A stretch of 64,000 bases of DNA from Camelus ferus (lineage: Eukaryota). Every line of letters begins with the position of its first letter. Position 1 is the stretch's first letter. The position numbers and the translations under genes are program-made. The notes beneath the pieces are model-generated. The model had not been told where the DNA came from and ran no database searches. It saw nothing but the letters and a program-made list of their open reading frames with translations. This document shows, piece by piece, positions 13,739-58,760 of the stretch. The stretch covers positions 44,082,001-44,146,000 of the forward strand of contig NC_045704.1 of assembly GCF_009834535.1 (NCBI RefSeq), given 5' to 3'.

Positions 13739-15686
13739 GAGTGGTATAACTTCATATTTCTATATAGCTTTCTGTATTTTCTATTTATTGAATATATATG
13801 TATATATAATTCCACGTTTATTTATAACCCATCTTGTTCCACAAAGAATTTGGAGAAATATATAGAAAATACAAATAACAAATGATATAAAATCAAAACC
13901 TCAGAAAATACAAATCAGAATTAAAAAGCTGTTACATAGTTTGAGAGGGAAAAAGTTGATCAAGATGTGTGGCCAGCTTAAAAAGTGGTAATATGATCTT
14001 GTTACATGGATCTCACAATAAAAGAAAAAAAATTCCTTAGTTGGAGCGAAGTTTTTCCAAGCATGTAACTCCAAATGAAATTTCTCCCACATATCCTTTA
14101 GTGTAAGCCAAGGGCATAATGCCAAAACAAAATTTGGTGAAAGCAGTTCTGTAGGGGTAAGACCATATGATGCAAGTATGCCCAGCTTTCTGATGGTCTA
14201 GCATAATTCTGGGATAAAGCCTAGAATGGAATCCTGAATTGCACAGAGGGGTGAAGTCAGATAAGGACAGAAAAGTTTCCTTTGGATTTACCAATTAAGA
14301 GCCATTGCTGGTCTCAATGCAGTTCAGTAGAATATTGGGGAACAGAAACTAGACTGGTGAACCGAGGCATGGAAGATAAGGATGAGTAAGGGAATAGAGG
14401 CAACTGGTGTGGGGTTGAGCATTGGGGAATACAGAAATGGCAGATTATAAATTGTCAAGTGGGGTTAAAGGGAGTTTTAGATAGAAAGATTTGAGCAATA
14501 TAGAGCTGGCAGGCAAGAGGGGAAGAGCTGATCCAGCAGGTTTCCCTAGGATGCATGCCAGGCTGGTGGCCGTAGGAGCATGGGCAGAGCTCGGGGGCCT
14601 TTGTTTTAGAGTCTGGGCCTGTGTACCCTGTCACTCAACCAGTCAGCATGTGTTTTTTTCACAGTGAGAGAATAGCAGTCAGCAAGAGCAGGGAGGTATT
14701 CAGATGCCATTTTTGCTCTCTTCTGGCCCTCTCACCCCCATGTGCCAGGATCACCCTCCCTCAGTCTGAGGAAACCTCCTTCTGCCCTACCCTCTACCCA
14801 TAAGTTTATTGAATGATTTTTAAAAAGTGTTTCTAAAGTTCACCAAGGTGGTAGAGAATACAGGAACTCTACAGAGTTACATTTTATGTGTGATATTGCA
14901 GCCCAGAGGACTAACCCATTTTGTTTGCCAAGCTCCTTTAGTTGGTTAGTGATGGATTAGGGACTAGAGTCCAGGTTATTTATTCCTTATGTAATGCCAT
15001 TGAGTTAAAGGTGTTAGCCAAACATCCACATAAGAGAGATCCTTTAGGCAGTGAAACTGGGATTGTGCATGTGGATTTGAAAGATCTCTGTTTAGAGACT
15101 GCTGGAGTAAAAAGGCTAGTGAATGGAATGACTACAGAGAAAGGAACAGAGCTTTGATATGCTCAGAGGGACTGGTGGAGGAACTTTCAGAGACAAGGGA
15201 AGAGACCTAGGAAAGGCAGGAGCCAAGGGAGAAGAGGTGCTGATAAAAGAGGAATAGGAGTTTCATACTGTCAGATGCCAGAGAAACTGAGGTTGAGGAT
15301 GAGGGGAAGGCCTTTGGGTTGGCTGGTGAATAGTGCTTGTCGACCAAGCAGAGGGACCACAGAGGGCTAAGGAGGGAGTGAAGTCCTTTTTATTAAGGAC
15401 AGGTTCTTAAGATAGGAGAGGAAAGCCGTATAAGTGTATGTAAATTATATGTATATGCTTTCATTTATATTAAAGAATACCCATCCATAAGATGAAAAAA
15501 CAACACCAGAGTGCTAGGTGGTTATCTCTAGGTATAGGAATTACGAACAACTTTTTAATCTTACTTATGCTTCATTTTTCAGACTTCTATAAATAAGATA
15601 ATATACTTTTATAATCTGAAAATAATGTTATGTCCCAGAAGTAAATATAAACCCTTTCTTAGTGGTGTTGGTTCACAAAAAGATTT

Positions 15687-16078
15687 TTTTTAACATTTTT
15701 TATTGATTTATAATCATTTTACAATGTTGTGTCAAATTCCAGTGTTCAGCACAATTTTTCAGTTATTCATGGACATATACACACTCATTGTCACATTTTT
15801 TTCTCTGTGAGTTATCATAACATTTTGTGTATATTTCCCTGTGCTATACAGTGTAGTCTATTCTACAATTTTGAAATCCCAGTCTATCCCTTCCCACCCT
15901 CCACCCACCCCCCCCCGGTAACCACAAGTCTGTATTCTCTGTCTGTGAGTCTATTTCTGTCCTTTATTTACGCTTTGTTTTTGTTTGTTTGTTTTTGTTT
16001 TTGTTTTTTAGATTCCACATATGAGCGATCTCATATGGTATTTTTCTTTCTCTTTCTGGCTTACTTCACTTAGAATGA
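15687..16078 (-). mobile_element. 5'-truncated lineage-specific L1 3' end with 13-bp TSD
   Basis: L1 3'-UTR hallmarks (GGTAACCACAAGTCTG, TAGATTCCACATATGAG, GGCTTACTTCACTTAGAATGA); TSD CACAAAAAGATTT at 15674-15686 and 16079-16091. Confidence 0.8.
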
Positions 16079-16312
16079 CACAAAAAGATTTGACAAAACC
16101 TGGAGCATGCCTGACTGAAGCAAGGGGAGAGGGAGAGAACATGAGAGAGACTTGACAAACTGTGGAAACGAGTTAGAGCTGAGTCCTAGAGGGAGGGAAG
16201 AGATGAATCAGACACAGCTAGGAGAACAGTCCCCAGGGAGTGGGGAGGGAGACCTGGTCCAGCCTATTAGGTTAGTTACTGATTGATTCAGAGACTCCCT
16301 TTTCTTGGAGGA

Positions 16313-16442
16313 ATTTTATTTTTATTTTTTTGGTGGTGGGGGGTAATTAGGTTTATTTATTTATTTTAATGGAGGTACTGGGGATTGAACCCAGGACCTT
16401 TTGTATGTTGAGCATGCACTTTACCACTGAGCAATACCCACC
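16313..16442 (-). mobile_element. tRNA-Ala-derived SINE, long form, 14-bp TSD
   Basis: TSD TCTTGGAGGAATTT at 16303-16316 and 16443-16456. Confidence 0.9.
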
Positions 16443-17293
16443 TCTTGGAGGAATTTAAGTAGAGGGTTCCACTGCTGGAACGGATGTACTGAGATTTCTA
16501 AGTAGTATATGGGAAGGGCTAGTGGCTGGCTGCTTAGTGTCTGATTTTTCTCTATAAAAATAGAATCTACTGCCTTAAAATCCTGGATAGATGCTGATGT
16601 TCATGGACCTTATGCCATATGAAAATCAACTCCCTGGCAAGACAATTGGTATCAATTTGTACTCCTTTGTACCAATTCTTTTTCTACCTGGTTTATAATT
16701 CTGTGACCTCTTTTAGGTTGGACTTGGTTATTAACAAGCAATTTCTTATGTTTAAGTTCTCAAATTTATGTCAGAGACAAGATGGATTTTTCTGTGTTCT
16801 TTAAATTGTGTGCTATAAAAACTCCACAGAGCTCAGAGATTAAATGTTTTTCCTCCACCAGTTTTATTATTAAGGATATCTGAATAGCCTGGGATTATGT
16901 TGTGATTCTGTGGCAAGACCAGCATTAGCATTTACAGCTGGTGAATTTTTTTCTTGTCCTTTGATACTTTTCCAAGAATGCTGCCAAGGTAGATGGGGCT
17001 TTTTCTCTGTTCCTAACTCCAGTGTTGCAGTTATCTTCATCTTTGACGGGGTGCTAATTTCAGGACCTTCATAGCCTGGAAAACTTAAAAAAAAATGTAT
17101 GTGAGAAGAGTAATGGTATACGGTAGTACTTCTCAAACTATAATATATGACACCACTTGGGGACTTATTAAGTTGCAAATTCCAATTGTGTAGGTCAAGG
17201 GTAGAACCTGAAGTTCTGTGTTTCTAACGAGTTCCACAGTTAAGCCAATGTTGCTTGTCCTCAGATCATACTCTGAGTAACAAAGGTATAAAC

Positions 17294-17587
17294 CATGTTG
17301 TCCAGTACAGTAGCTGCTAGCCACGTGTGGCTGTTGAAAGCTTACAGTGTGATTAGTTCAAGTTGAGGTATATTGTGAGGGCAAAATATATACCAGATTA
17401 TTATGAAAAAAGAACATTAAATATCTCAATTTTTTGAGTTTCATCTTGAAACAATCTTTTGGACATACTGGGTTAAATAAAATACATTACTAAAGTTAAT
17501 TTCACCTGTTTTTTTTTACTTTTTAAATATGGCTACTAGAAAATTTTTAATTTGTGGCTTCCATTATATTTCTATTGGATAATGCTA
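17294..17587 (-). mobile_element. MER33 hAT element
   Basis: GTTGTCCAGTACAGTAGCTGCTAGCCACGTGTGGCT ... GGCTACTAGAAAATTT ... ATATTTCTATTGGATAATGCT. Confidence 0.75.
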
Positions 17588-18578
17588 GTATAGAGCATTC
17601 CTATCCCAAAAATAATTCATCTGAACAATATTGATTATATAAAAGTAATTATAGTTAGGATCATGCCTGAAGTAGTCTTTCATGACCAGAAATATAAGTA
17701 AGTTCTTAATAAATGCTAGCACAATGATGCTTAGACATTTTTTATTTACAGGTGAATTATGAAGCACTCTACACTTTTATTTATAGGCATATTTTAAAGC
17801 ATTCTTGACCCTCAGGTTCTGCGATAACAGTTTATTAAATTTGCCCCCATTGTTAATAGAACAGCTAGTAAGAGGTCTTCGTACTGAGCTTTGTAGTATT
17901 CTTTCGGTTGTTGAGAACAAGGAGCTAATAATGAAAGTAGGGGATGTAACAAATCAGGAGGGCAACCCACAAGGTTTTCCATCAGCCTTGGTTTTGTTCC
18001 ATACAGATGGTGGAGTTTGCTGAATCTGTCCAAAAATGTAGGTTGCTTCAGGCCTGGCTTTGCCTTCAAAGAGCTTTCATAAGCCAACAGGGGAAATGGG
18101 TCATTTTGAGAAAAATACAAGTGCAAATTAGTGTGGTTATTTTATCAGTAGACACATGCAAAGAAAAGTAATAGCTAAAGATCAGCATGTCATGAATCTG
18201 AATAGGTTGCCTGGGGTCAGATACTGTGGGGCCTTGAAAGCCAGGTTGTGTTACTTGTATCATGCATACATCTCTCTCTTTTGCAAAAATACCCATACAC
18301 TTTTTTGAGGAAATCAAGCACTGTTTTTTTGTCAGACAAGCAAATCTTAACTTTCCCTGCTCGTACGGCATATGTGGTTTTCCATTGACAACCAAATGAG
18401 TATAGTCTTAGTATTTTGTCATTCAAGACCATCTGAACTATGGCCTCAACCAACATATCTTTCTCCTCTCTCTTTCTGCTCTTTACTCAGTACTGTGCTT
18501 TTTAAGGCAACTCGTTATTCTTTCCCATAACCAACCCTTCATATATTTATTCTACATAGAGACCCCTTCCTCTGCAAA

Positions 18579-18610
18579 ATACATGTGTGTGCGTGCGCAC
18601 ACACACACAC
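18579..18610. repeat. 32-bp perfect purine-pyrimidine alternation (TG/CG/CA), Z-DNA or hairpin prone
   Basis: ATACATGTGTGTGCGTGCGCACACACACACAC. Confidence 0.8.
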
Positions 18611-19077
18611 TATGCTGCCTTTAAATGTCCTTCCCATCTTGATCTCACATCTCGTGATGTAGGACTCTCGAAACCTATCTACTTTTTACCTTGAGCCACT
18701 GTACCAATTCTTTCCCTTTTGTTAGACAGTAACTCCTAGAATGCAGGACCTGGCCTGTATAGTCTTATTATTTGTCCTGTTTGCAGGTGGCCCCAACTAA
18801 AGGAGCCTTCTCTCCTAGTGTGCCTGAGTTGAAAAAACGTCTCTCTCACAGAAGTAGCAAAAGCTTTGTTTGAGAATAGGGCAGAAGTACAAAACACTTT
18901 ACATTTTAGTTTTGAATTAACCTTTTATATACTTATGGGTTTTATTAAGTCAGATTATTGCTATGAATTAGATAATTGTTCAGACTCATTTTACTGTTAG
19001 GTATCTGGGTACTCCTAATACTCACAAGACTTAAGAGCTAGAAACTAAGAATCATACAAAACTGATCTTTCCCTGCT

Positions 19078-19158
19078 TAATGGAGGCACTGGGGATTGAA
19101 CCCAGGACCTTCTGCACACCAAGCACCCACTCTACCACTGAGCTATACCCCTCACCCC
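19078..19158 (-). mobile_element. tRNA-Ala-derived SINE head
   Basis: GGAGGCACTGGGGATTGAACCCAGGACC...CTCTACCACTGAGCTATACCCC. Confidence 0.85.
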
Positions 19159-19613
19159 AGAAAAAATTGATTTCCCCCCCTAATTTCTGTTATATATTCA
19201 GTTAGCATTTATTGAGTTCTTACCAACCTGGGCACAGTGCTAAAGAATAAAAACTGCTTGTTATACATGGTCCTTGTCCTTAAGGAACTCATAGTCTCAT
19301 AGAGGAGAGAGATACTGAATGTCAAGTTGACGATATGAGACAGGAGATGGTAGTGTGTGGTAGCTATAAGCAGAATCATTGGAGTCTGGATCGAGGTTCT
19401 GATTCTGGCTCCAACAAAACACTATGACACCATGTTTTCTAAGGTCGAATTTAGCTAAAAACAATGAGGCCCTCTGCCAGTGTTTTTATAAATAGATACA
19501 GGAAATATGTAAGATTTGAATCAGTTTTGTTAGTAACTAATTTAATCAAATATCCGAAGTTGAATATCATTGTCTCATGTCTTTTTTTTTAAAAACCATT
19601 TGTTGGTTTGAAT

Positions 19614-19844
19614 TAGGATTTCTCAGCCTCTGAACTATTAACATTTTGGGCCCATTAATTCTCTGTTGTACTGACCTGTATATAGCAGGATGTTTAATAA
19701 CGTCTCTGGCCTCTACCCACTAATTACTACCCCTAGATATTAGATACCAGTAGCACACCCACCCCAGTGGTGACAACCAGAATTGTGTCCAGGCCTTTCC
19801 AGATGTACCCTGAAGGCAGAGTAACACCAGGTTGAGACCCACTG
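19614..19844. mobile_element. MER20 hAT element
   Basis: GATTTCTCAGCCTC..ACATTTTGGGCC..TAATTCT..GCAGGATGTTTA..TCTGGCCTCTACCCACTA..GGTTGAGACCCACTG. Confidence 0.8.
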
Positions 19845-20195
19845 ATCTGTAGGTTCTCCCTCCGTCCTTCCCAGTTTTTTCTCCTGGTGATGTATTTGCA
19901 AAAGAAACTGGGTAGTTAATCCTGCAGTTTCCTTCAGTCTGGATTTCATGAATTTCATCCCTGTAGTGTAATTTAACATCCTCTGTGATCAATTTCCTGT
20001 TAATTGGTAGTAGGATCTAGAGGCTTGATTAGTTTCAGGGTTTTTTTGTTTTGTTTAACAAGACTTCATAGGTGGTGTTCCGTTCTTCCATGAAGAGGCA
20101 CGTAATATCTGTTGTGTCTTTTGGTAATATTAACAACCATTGATGCCTAATTTATTCATCAGAGGTCTTTCTTGTATGTGTATGTTTTCATTTAG

Positions 20196-38241
<18,046 letters not shown>

Positions 38242-39561
38242 TGGCGGGGCCTCGCTCATTGCCAGGACTGCTCTGGGCTGTGTTTAAGCGGCCCGCATCT
38301 TAATTTTTCTCCCTTCTTTCTTCTTTTTGGCTTTGGGAAAAGCGTCATTTTACCAAACATACTGAGAACTAAAACTTCAAGGATGATGTTAGAAAAATGT
38401 GATTTAACTAGAACTTGCTGTTTGATGTTAGCAAATCATGGAATGTTCTGAGTCCCTGAGGGTTTACTGTGAAGTGCTGAGGACAGTGTTGACACCTAAC
38501 TGGTTTTCTTAGATGGAAACAGAGACATTGAACCCTCTCTATTGCTATGGTAAACCACTCCAGAAACCACAACCCGGTTTCCCAGAGTTCTGTGGTCTTC
38601 TTCCCAGGAGAGTTTTTAATTGTAAATGCAGACTTGGGAAGGACTTAGACTTTTAAACTGGTTTTTGCTTTTGCTTTTCCCTGACTCCCTTTGCTTGGAG
38701 TCAGCTGCACACCAGTAGTATGGCATGCTACGATCGGTTTCTGTCCTGAAGACTTTGCCTCNNNNNNNNNNNNNNNNNNNNNNNNNNNNNNNNNNNNNNN
38801 NNNNNNNNNNNNNNNNNNNNNNNNNNNNNNNNNNNNNNNNNNNNNNNNNNNNNNNNNNNNNNNNNNNNNNNNNNNNNNNNNNNNNNNNNNNNNNNNNNNN
38901 NNNNNNNNNGTAGTATGTAAATGTTGACAAGGAATTGGATCACAATCATGTAGCAGAATGGCACCCAGACTGCTGCCCGCTAGTAATGGACACCCATGTG
39001 GAAGATTGCAATTTCCAGCCCATGGAGCCAGCATTTGAACATTGTACAATTAACTTTCAGTTATGATTTCCCATCTACATTTTCTTTGCTTTGTTTGTAG
39101 CTGAATTTTGTATTTTATAAATCCTCTGTTAAAGCGGAAGGGTGATCATGAGTGGGTCACAGCAGCCCTTAAAAGCTGGGCCAGAAAATTTCACTAGGTC
39201 AGTAATTTAAACTTGGGATCTGCGAAAAGTAATAATGTGAAGCAAAACCAACAAAAAAGTGATTCTTGCACATGAACTGTCACATGTTTAAAATGTGTTT
39301 TTTAGAGAGCCTCAGTCTTGCTGANNNNNNNNNNNNNNNNNNNNNNNNNNNNNNNNNNNNNNNNNNNNNNNNNNNNNNNNNNNNNNNNNNNNNNNNNNNN
39401 NNNNNNNNNNNNNNNNNNNNNNNNNNNNNNNNNNNNNNNNNNNNNNNNNNNNNNNNNNNNNNNNNNNNNNNNNNNNNNNNNNNNNNNNNNNNNNNNNNNN
39501 NNNNNNNNNNNNNNNNNNNNNNNNNNNNNNNNNNNNNNNNNNNNNNNNNNNNNNNNNNNNN
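38242..39561 (+). other. CTCF: CTCF 3'-UTR (poly(A) signal probably inside N-run 39325-39561)
   Basis: Follows the TGA stop; AU-rich and repeat-free. No AATAAA is visible in the unmasked part, so the 3' end is inferred. Confidence 0.65.
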
Positions 39562-42276
39562 GTGTGATTCCTCCCTAAGGAGGGGCCCAGAGGGGTCTGT
39601 GTGAGTAGCCTTAGGCAGTACAGGCCTGCTTGCCTGTCAGAGGCAAGCTGTTTCCCAGGATGACCACTTCTTTTTTAGAAGGTGGGAGATGATTTTGGCA
39701 GATGATGAAATATTGAGTGCATCCTTCTGCATGTTTTAACACCCTGAAAGCTTGTGTGAGTAGAGAAGTGAGTGGATAGACAGCTGTCAGCCTCCATGAT
39801 CCACCTGAAGAGCAGGTTCCCGAAGGTAGAGCAGATGGGCCACAGAGCTTAGAGGAGAAAGGGCCGTTGGGAAGCTCTGGCCTCGGCATTTCAGCTCAAG
39901 AGAGCTGGGGTCAGTACCCTGGGCTCTGCCAAGAGAAAGGGAACAGAGAAGCCAGGCCCCATCTGCCCTAGAGGAGTTCATTTGAAAAGGGAAGACGTAT
40001 GTGCCACGGTGGGGAGAGAGTCCTAGATAGCATAGCTGCTGTTAACACCAGGGAGGCAAGATGGAAAAGGAGTCGTGTTAGGAAGTTTATGTATTAGTGA
40101 GATACCGTCTTGCTGCTGCTGGCTGTTTCTGGGTGGATTGCTTTGGCAAATCCATTTTAGGTGAAAGCTTTAGCCACTAATTACAGGGTTTTTTAAACCA
40201 AATTCCAGCTTACCAGTTTTCAGGGAGAAATCAAGTCACGAGGAATAAGATGTGTGAAGCCTTTGGCTGGTTTGTGCTATCCATGCAGTTCGGTCTCCCA
40301 GAAAAATCAGTATCATCTGGAGCCTCAGGGCTCTGAACCAGGCAGTCGGCAACTTGGACTGAATATTAGTGGCCTGAGACTGTCAGGGCATTTGGTCTCC
40401 ATCCCTTGCATGGGCTAGGCCCCACCACAGGAGGCCAGAGTGCTCCCTACCAGAGTTGTTTCAGTGGGCACATAGCTTTTTAAAAATTTTAAGTATTTAT
40501 TATAGAAAATCTCCTCACAGAACAGAGAGCAGTTTATCTGTATCCTCAGCATAGCTTTTCTTATGTATGCATTCAAATTGTTTACAAGTTTAAGAGTGGA
40601 TTTGTTTTGGATGGGGAGGGGGCAAGAAAAGTGACATTCTGTTGCAGTTAAGGCTGAAAAGGGCTCCTGCATTGACAGAGCCCCATGGTACAACCTATGG
40701 GGCTCCATTAAATATAAAACCTCACCACAGAACTTTTGATCGGAAGGTTCCCTGGCCTGTGTGCAGCACTCTACCCCACTGTTAACCATAGTTGGTCCTG
40801 GAGTAAAGAAATAGTCTACCCTTTCCACAGCTGGGCTTGCGTTGCCCCATCCACTGCCGGCCAGCACAGCAAGCACTGAGCCCTGTCTTGCTCTTGGTCA
40901 GGATCTTGTCTTTTGAAACCATCTGAGGGGAGCCTTGTGGCAGCTCTGGGAGCTGCAGCCTGGCCTGTTACCTTGTGCTGCTGGAGCAGGAGGGGGTTAT
41001 TCCTCATTATGAGTTGTTAGCATTTCCCGAGTGCCCACGGAGTGTCATGCTGTCTAGAACACAGACGGGCTTGAGCAAGCTGAAGGCCTCTCCCTCTCAC
41101 TGAGTCCCTTACTTGTGGGGGCTGAGTCCCATGTATCACTTGGGCTCTGAGCAGTTTGTTTTTTCACTGCCTCACTGCCATCCCTACAGTGAGCAGTTAC
41201 GGAGATGTGTAGCTAGCCCAGCACCCAACACACACACACACCGCCCGCCCCATCCTGATCTCCAGGCTGATCCTGGCTTCTTCCTCCACCGCCCCCTGCC
41301 TGTCCCCACAACACTCACCAGACATGGACTTGCCACCAGCGTGGCTGTCGGTCTCAAGACTCCCTCTGCCTGGGAGCAGCTTGAGCCCTTTGGCATTCAT
41401 TCCTTCTTGAATTTCTCATCCTTGTCATTTTAAACAAAAGTCTCAGTAAGGTGGGTTTTCTATCCTTCGGTTTGGAGTCCTAAGGCAGCCACGGTAAGAT
41501 GGCAAATGTGAGTGTTCACTGATTGCCAGGCACTGTTGTGAGCACCTCTCTTTAACATTTAATCCTTACACTTTGAGGTAAGTTAATAGCTCCAGTTTAC
41601 AAAACAGGAACTGGAAACCCAGAAAGGTTAAATGACAGCCGGTAAGAGGTGGAGTCAGGACTGGAATTCAGGCCTTGTTCCTTCGGAACCTGCATTATTG
41701 ACCACTTGGCCATACTGTGTGTGAGACCTACTGAGCGTGCATCCTAAAAACAGTTTGTGGGTTCTGTGTGGTCTTGTAAGAGTCTTTGCCCAAACTCCTC
41801 TTTCAAACTGGAAGCAGAGCAGGACCTCTTTTTGCCTCTGTTGGCAGGAACTCAGCACCCTCTCCAGATGAGTTAGTCCTCCCATCGGCCCTTGGCCGCC
41901 ACCGCTGGGCCTGTTGATTTACGGCAAGTGCCTTCCCCCAAGTTGTTACTATTCAGTTTCTACTTTCCACTTCGGCCTGGTCTTTGGTGGACCTCAGCAA
42001 AAACATGAGATTTTTTTTGTGGGGTAGGGGGTGGTCAGATGACTGGAAAATGCTCCCACTGTCTCCAAGCCCCAAGGTGGGGAGGGGTAACTAGAGATGG
42101 GAAAGAAACCAAAGCACTCGGTGTCTTTTCATGTCTCAGGTTATTTCACCTGTGCCTGGCTGAGCTGTGGGCAGAAGGCTGTTCCTTATGTCACAAATAG
42201 AGTTTAATTCGATTGTAATGGAAGGAAAAAATTGAATCCCCTCCTGTGAACCCTCCAGAATCAAGGTCTGGTCTTA

Positions 42277-42310
42277 CAGGGTATGGTGCACCTATATGCA
42301 CCATACCCTG
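42277..42310. repeat. Perfect 14-bp inverted repeat with a 6-nt spacer
   Basis: CAGGGTATGGTGCA-CCTATA-TGCACCATACCCTG. Confidence 0.9.
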
Positions 42311-42819
42311 ACCCCTCCCAGCCCTGAAGACAGTAGCTTCCCTCTCCTACTGGTTCCCCTCTCCAAACTCCAGTCAGGGACAATGCAGACACGGGAGGAG
42401 CCCCATATACCCTGCCTTTGCTCATGAATCACTCCACCCCTCCCTGCAGCCCTTTGGGGTTCAGGCCTTAGCCCGAGGCTGCCCCCTGAGGGTTACACAC
42501 CCAACTTGTGGCCCTGCTCCGGCTTGACCCTGATGAAGCTGAGGAACCTCTGCCACAGAGAAGGGCATCTGGGTCCATCTGGTTTTTCCACACTTTCAAC
42601 AGTTTGTGTCACCCCAAGGGGATCACGGGCTCCAGGTCAGGAGCAACAGATAAGGTCCTTCAGTTTAGGACCCGGGTGTTGGGAGAGAGCCAACAAAAAC
42701 ACTCCTTGCTTAATAGACGCCCCTTGCGGTCCCCCGTCGTCGCCACCCCCACCCACCACTCAGCCAGCTGAGCTTTGGAGGGGACGGACAGAGGCTGGAG
42801 GCGGAGATCCCCGAGCGGG

Positions 42820-42835
42820 CAGCGCCCCCTGGTGC
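42820..42835 (-). promoter_or_regulatory. CTCF-binding motif GCACCAGGGGGCGCTG
   Basis: Reverse complement of CAGCGCCCCCTGGTGC; 13/14 match to the core CCASYAGRKGGCRS. Confidence 0.7.
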
Positions 42836-43210
42836 TCGAGGCAGGGACTGTGGTGCGGGGTGGAAGTAGGGGGCTAGGAACTGAAAGAGGCACGCGAGAT
42901 TTTCTTGGCCACGGCACGCCCTCCTCGTGTCCACCCTAACCCAGTAGACCCTCCGCGACGGGGCGGGCAGACAGCTGGGATTCTGCCCGCCTCCTACATC
43001 GTCGCACCCGCGCGACATCTCCCGGCCCGCGAAGGCCGGGGCGGGGAGGAGCCGGGCCGGGGGCGGCCTGGCAGGAAGCAGCGCGTACCTTCCGCTGCAG
43101 GAGGAGCAGGTGGCTGCAGTGCGGGCCTGGGCCCCAGGCTTCCTGTGCGCGCCCGCCGCTACCATTTATCGTCGGAGCTTCTTGGGCCACCCGGCCGTCG
43201 GGCCGGCTCC

Positions 43211-55190
<11,980 letters not shown>

Positions 55191-55219
55191 TCGCCTCCTT
55201 TCTTGCCGCATGAGATTAT

Positions 55220-55228
55220 TTTATTAAA
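55220..55228. terminator. Overlapping poly(A) signals: ATTAAA (+, 55223-55228, CARMIL2) and AATAAA (-, 55225-55220, ACD)
   Basis: The sequence TTTATTAAA lies 30 bp after the CARMIL2 stop and about 95 bp after the ACD stop. It is the only canonical hexamer for either gene in the 129-bp gap between the stops. Confidence 0.8.
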
Positions 55229-55319
55229 AAACTCAGAAGAAGCCAGTGTGGAGCACTGTTTATCCACCCCCAGGCCTGGATCTGTGTGCACACATCCTCC
55301 CATGTGCTCACACGACCCC

Positions 55320-58760
<3,441 letters not shown>

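Noticed and set aside
41915-41923. PBX-HOX-like TGATTTACG upstream of CARMIL2
   Set aside because: A single short motif without clustering; expected by chance at this scale without conservation data.
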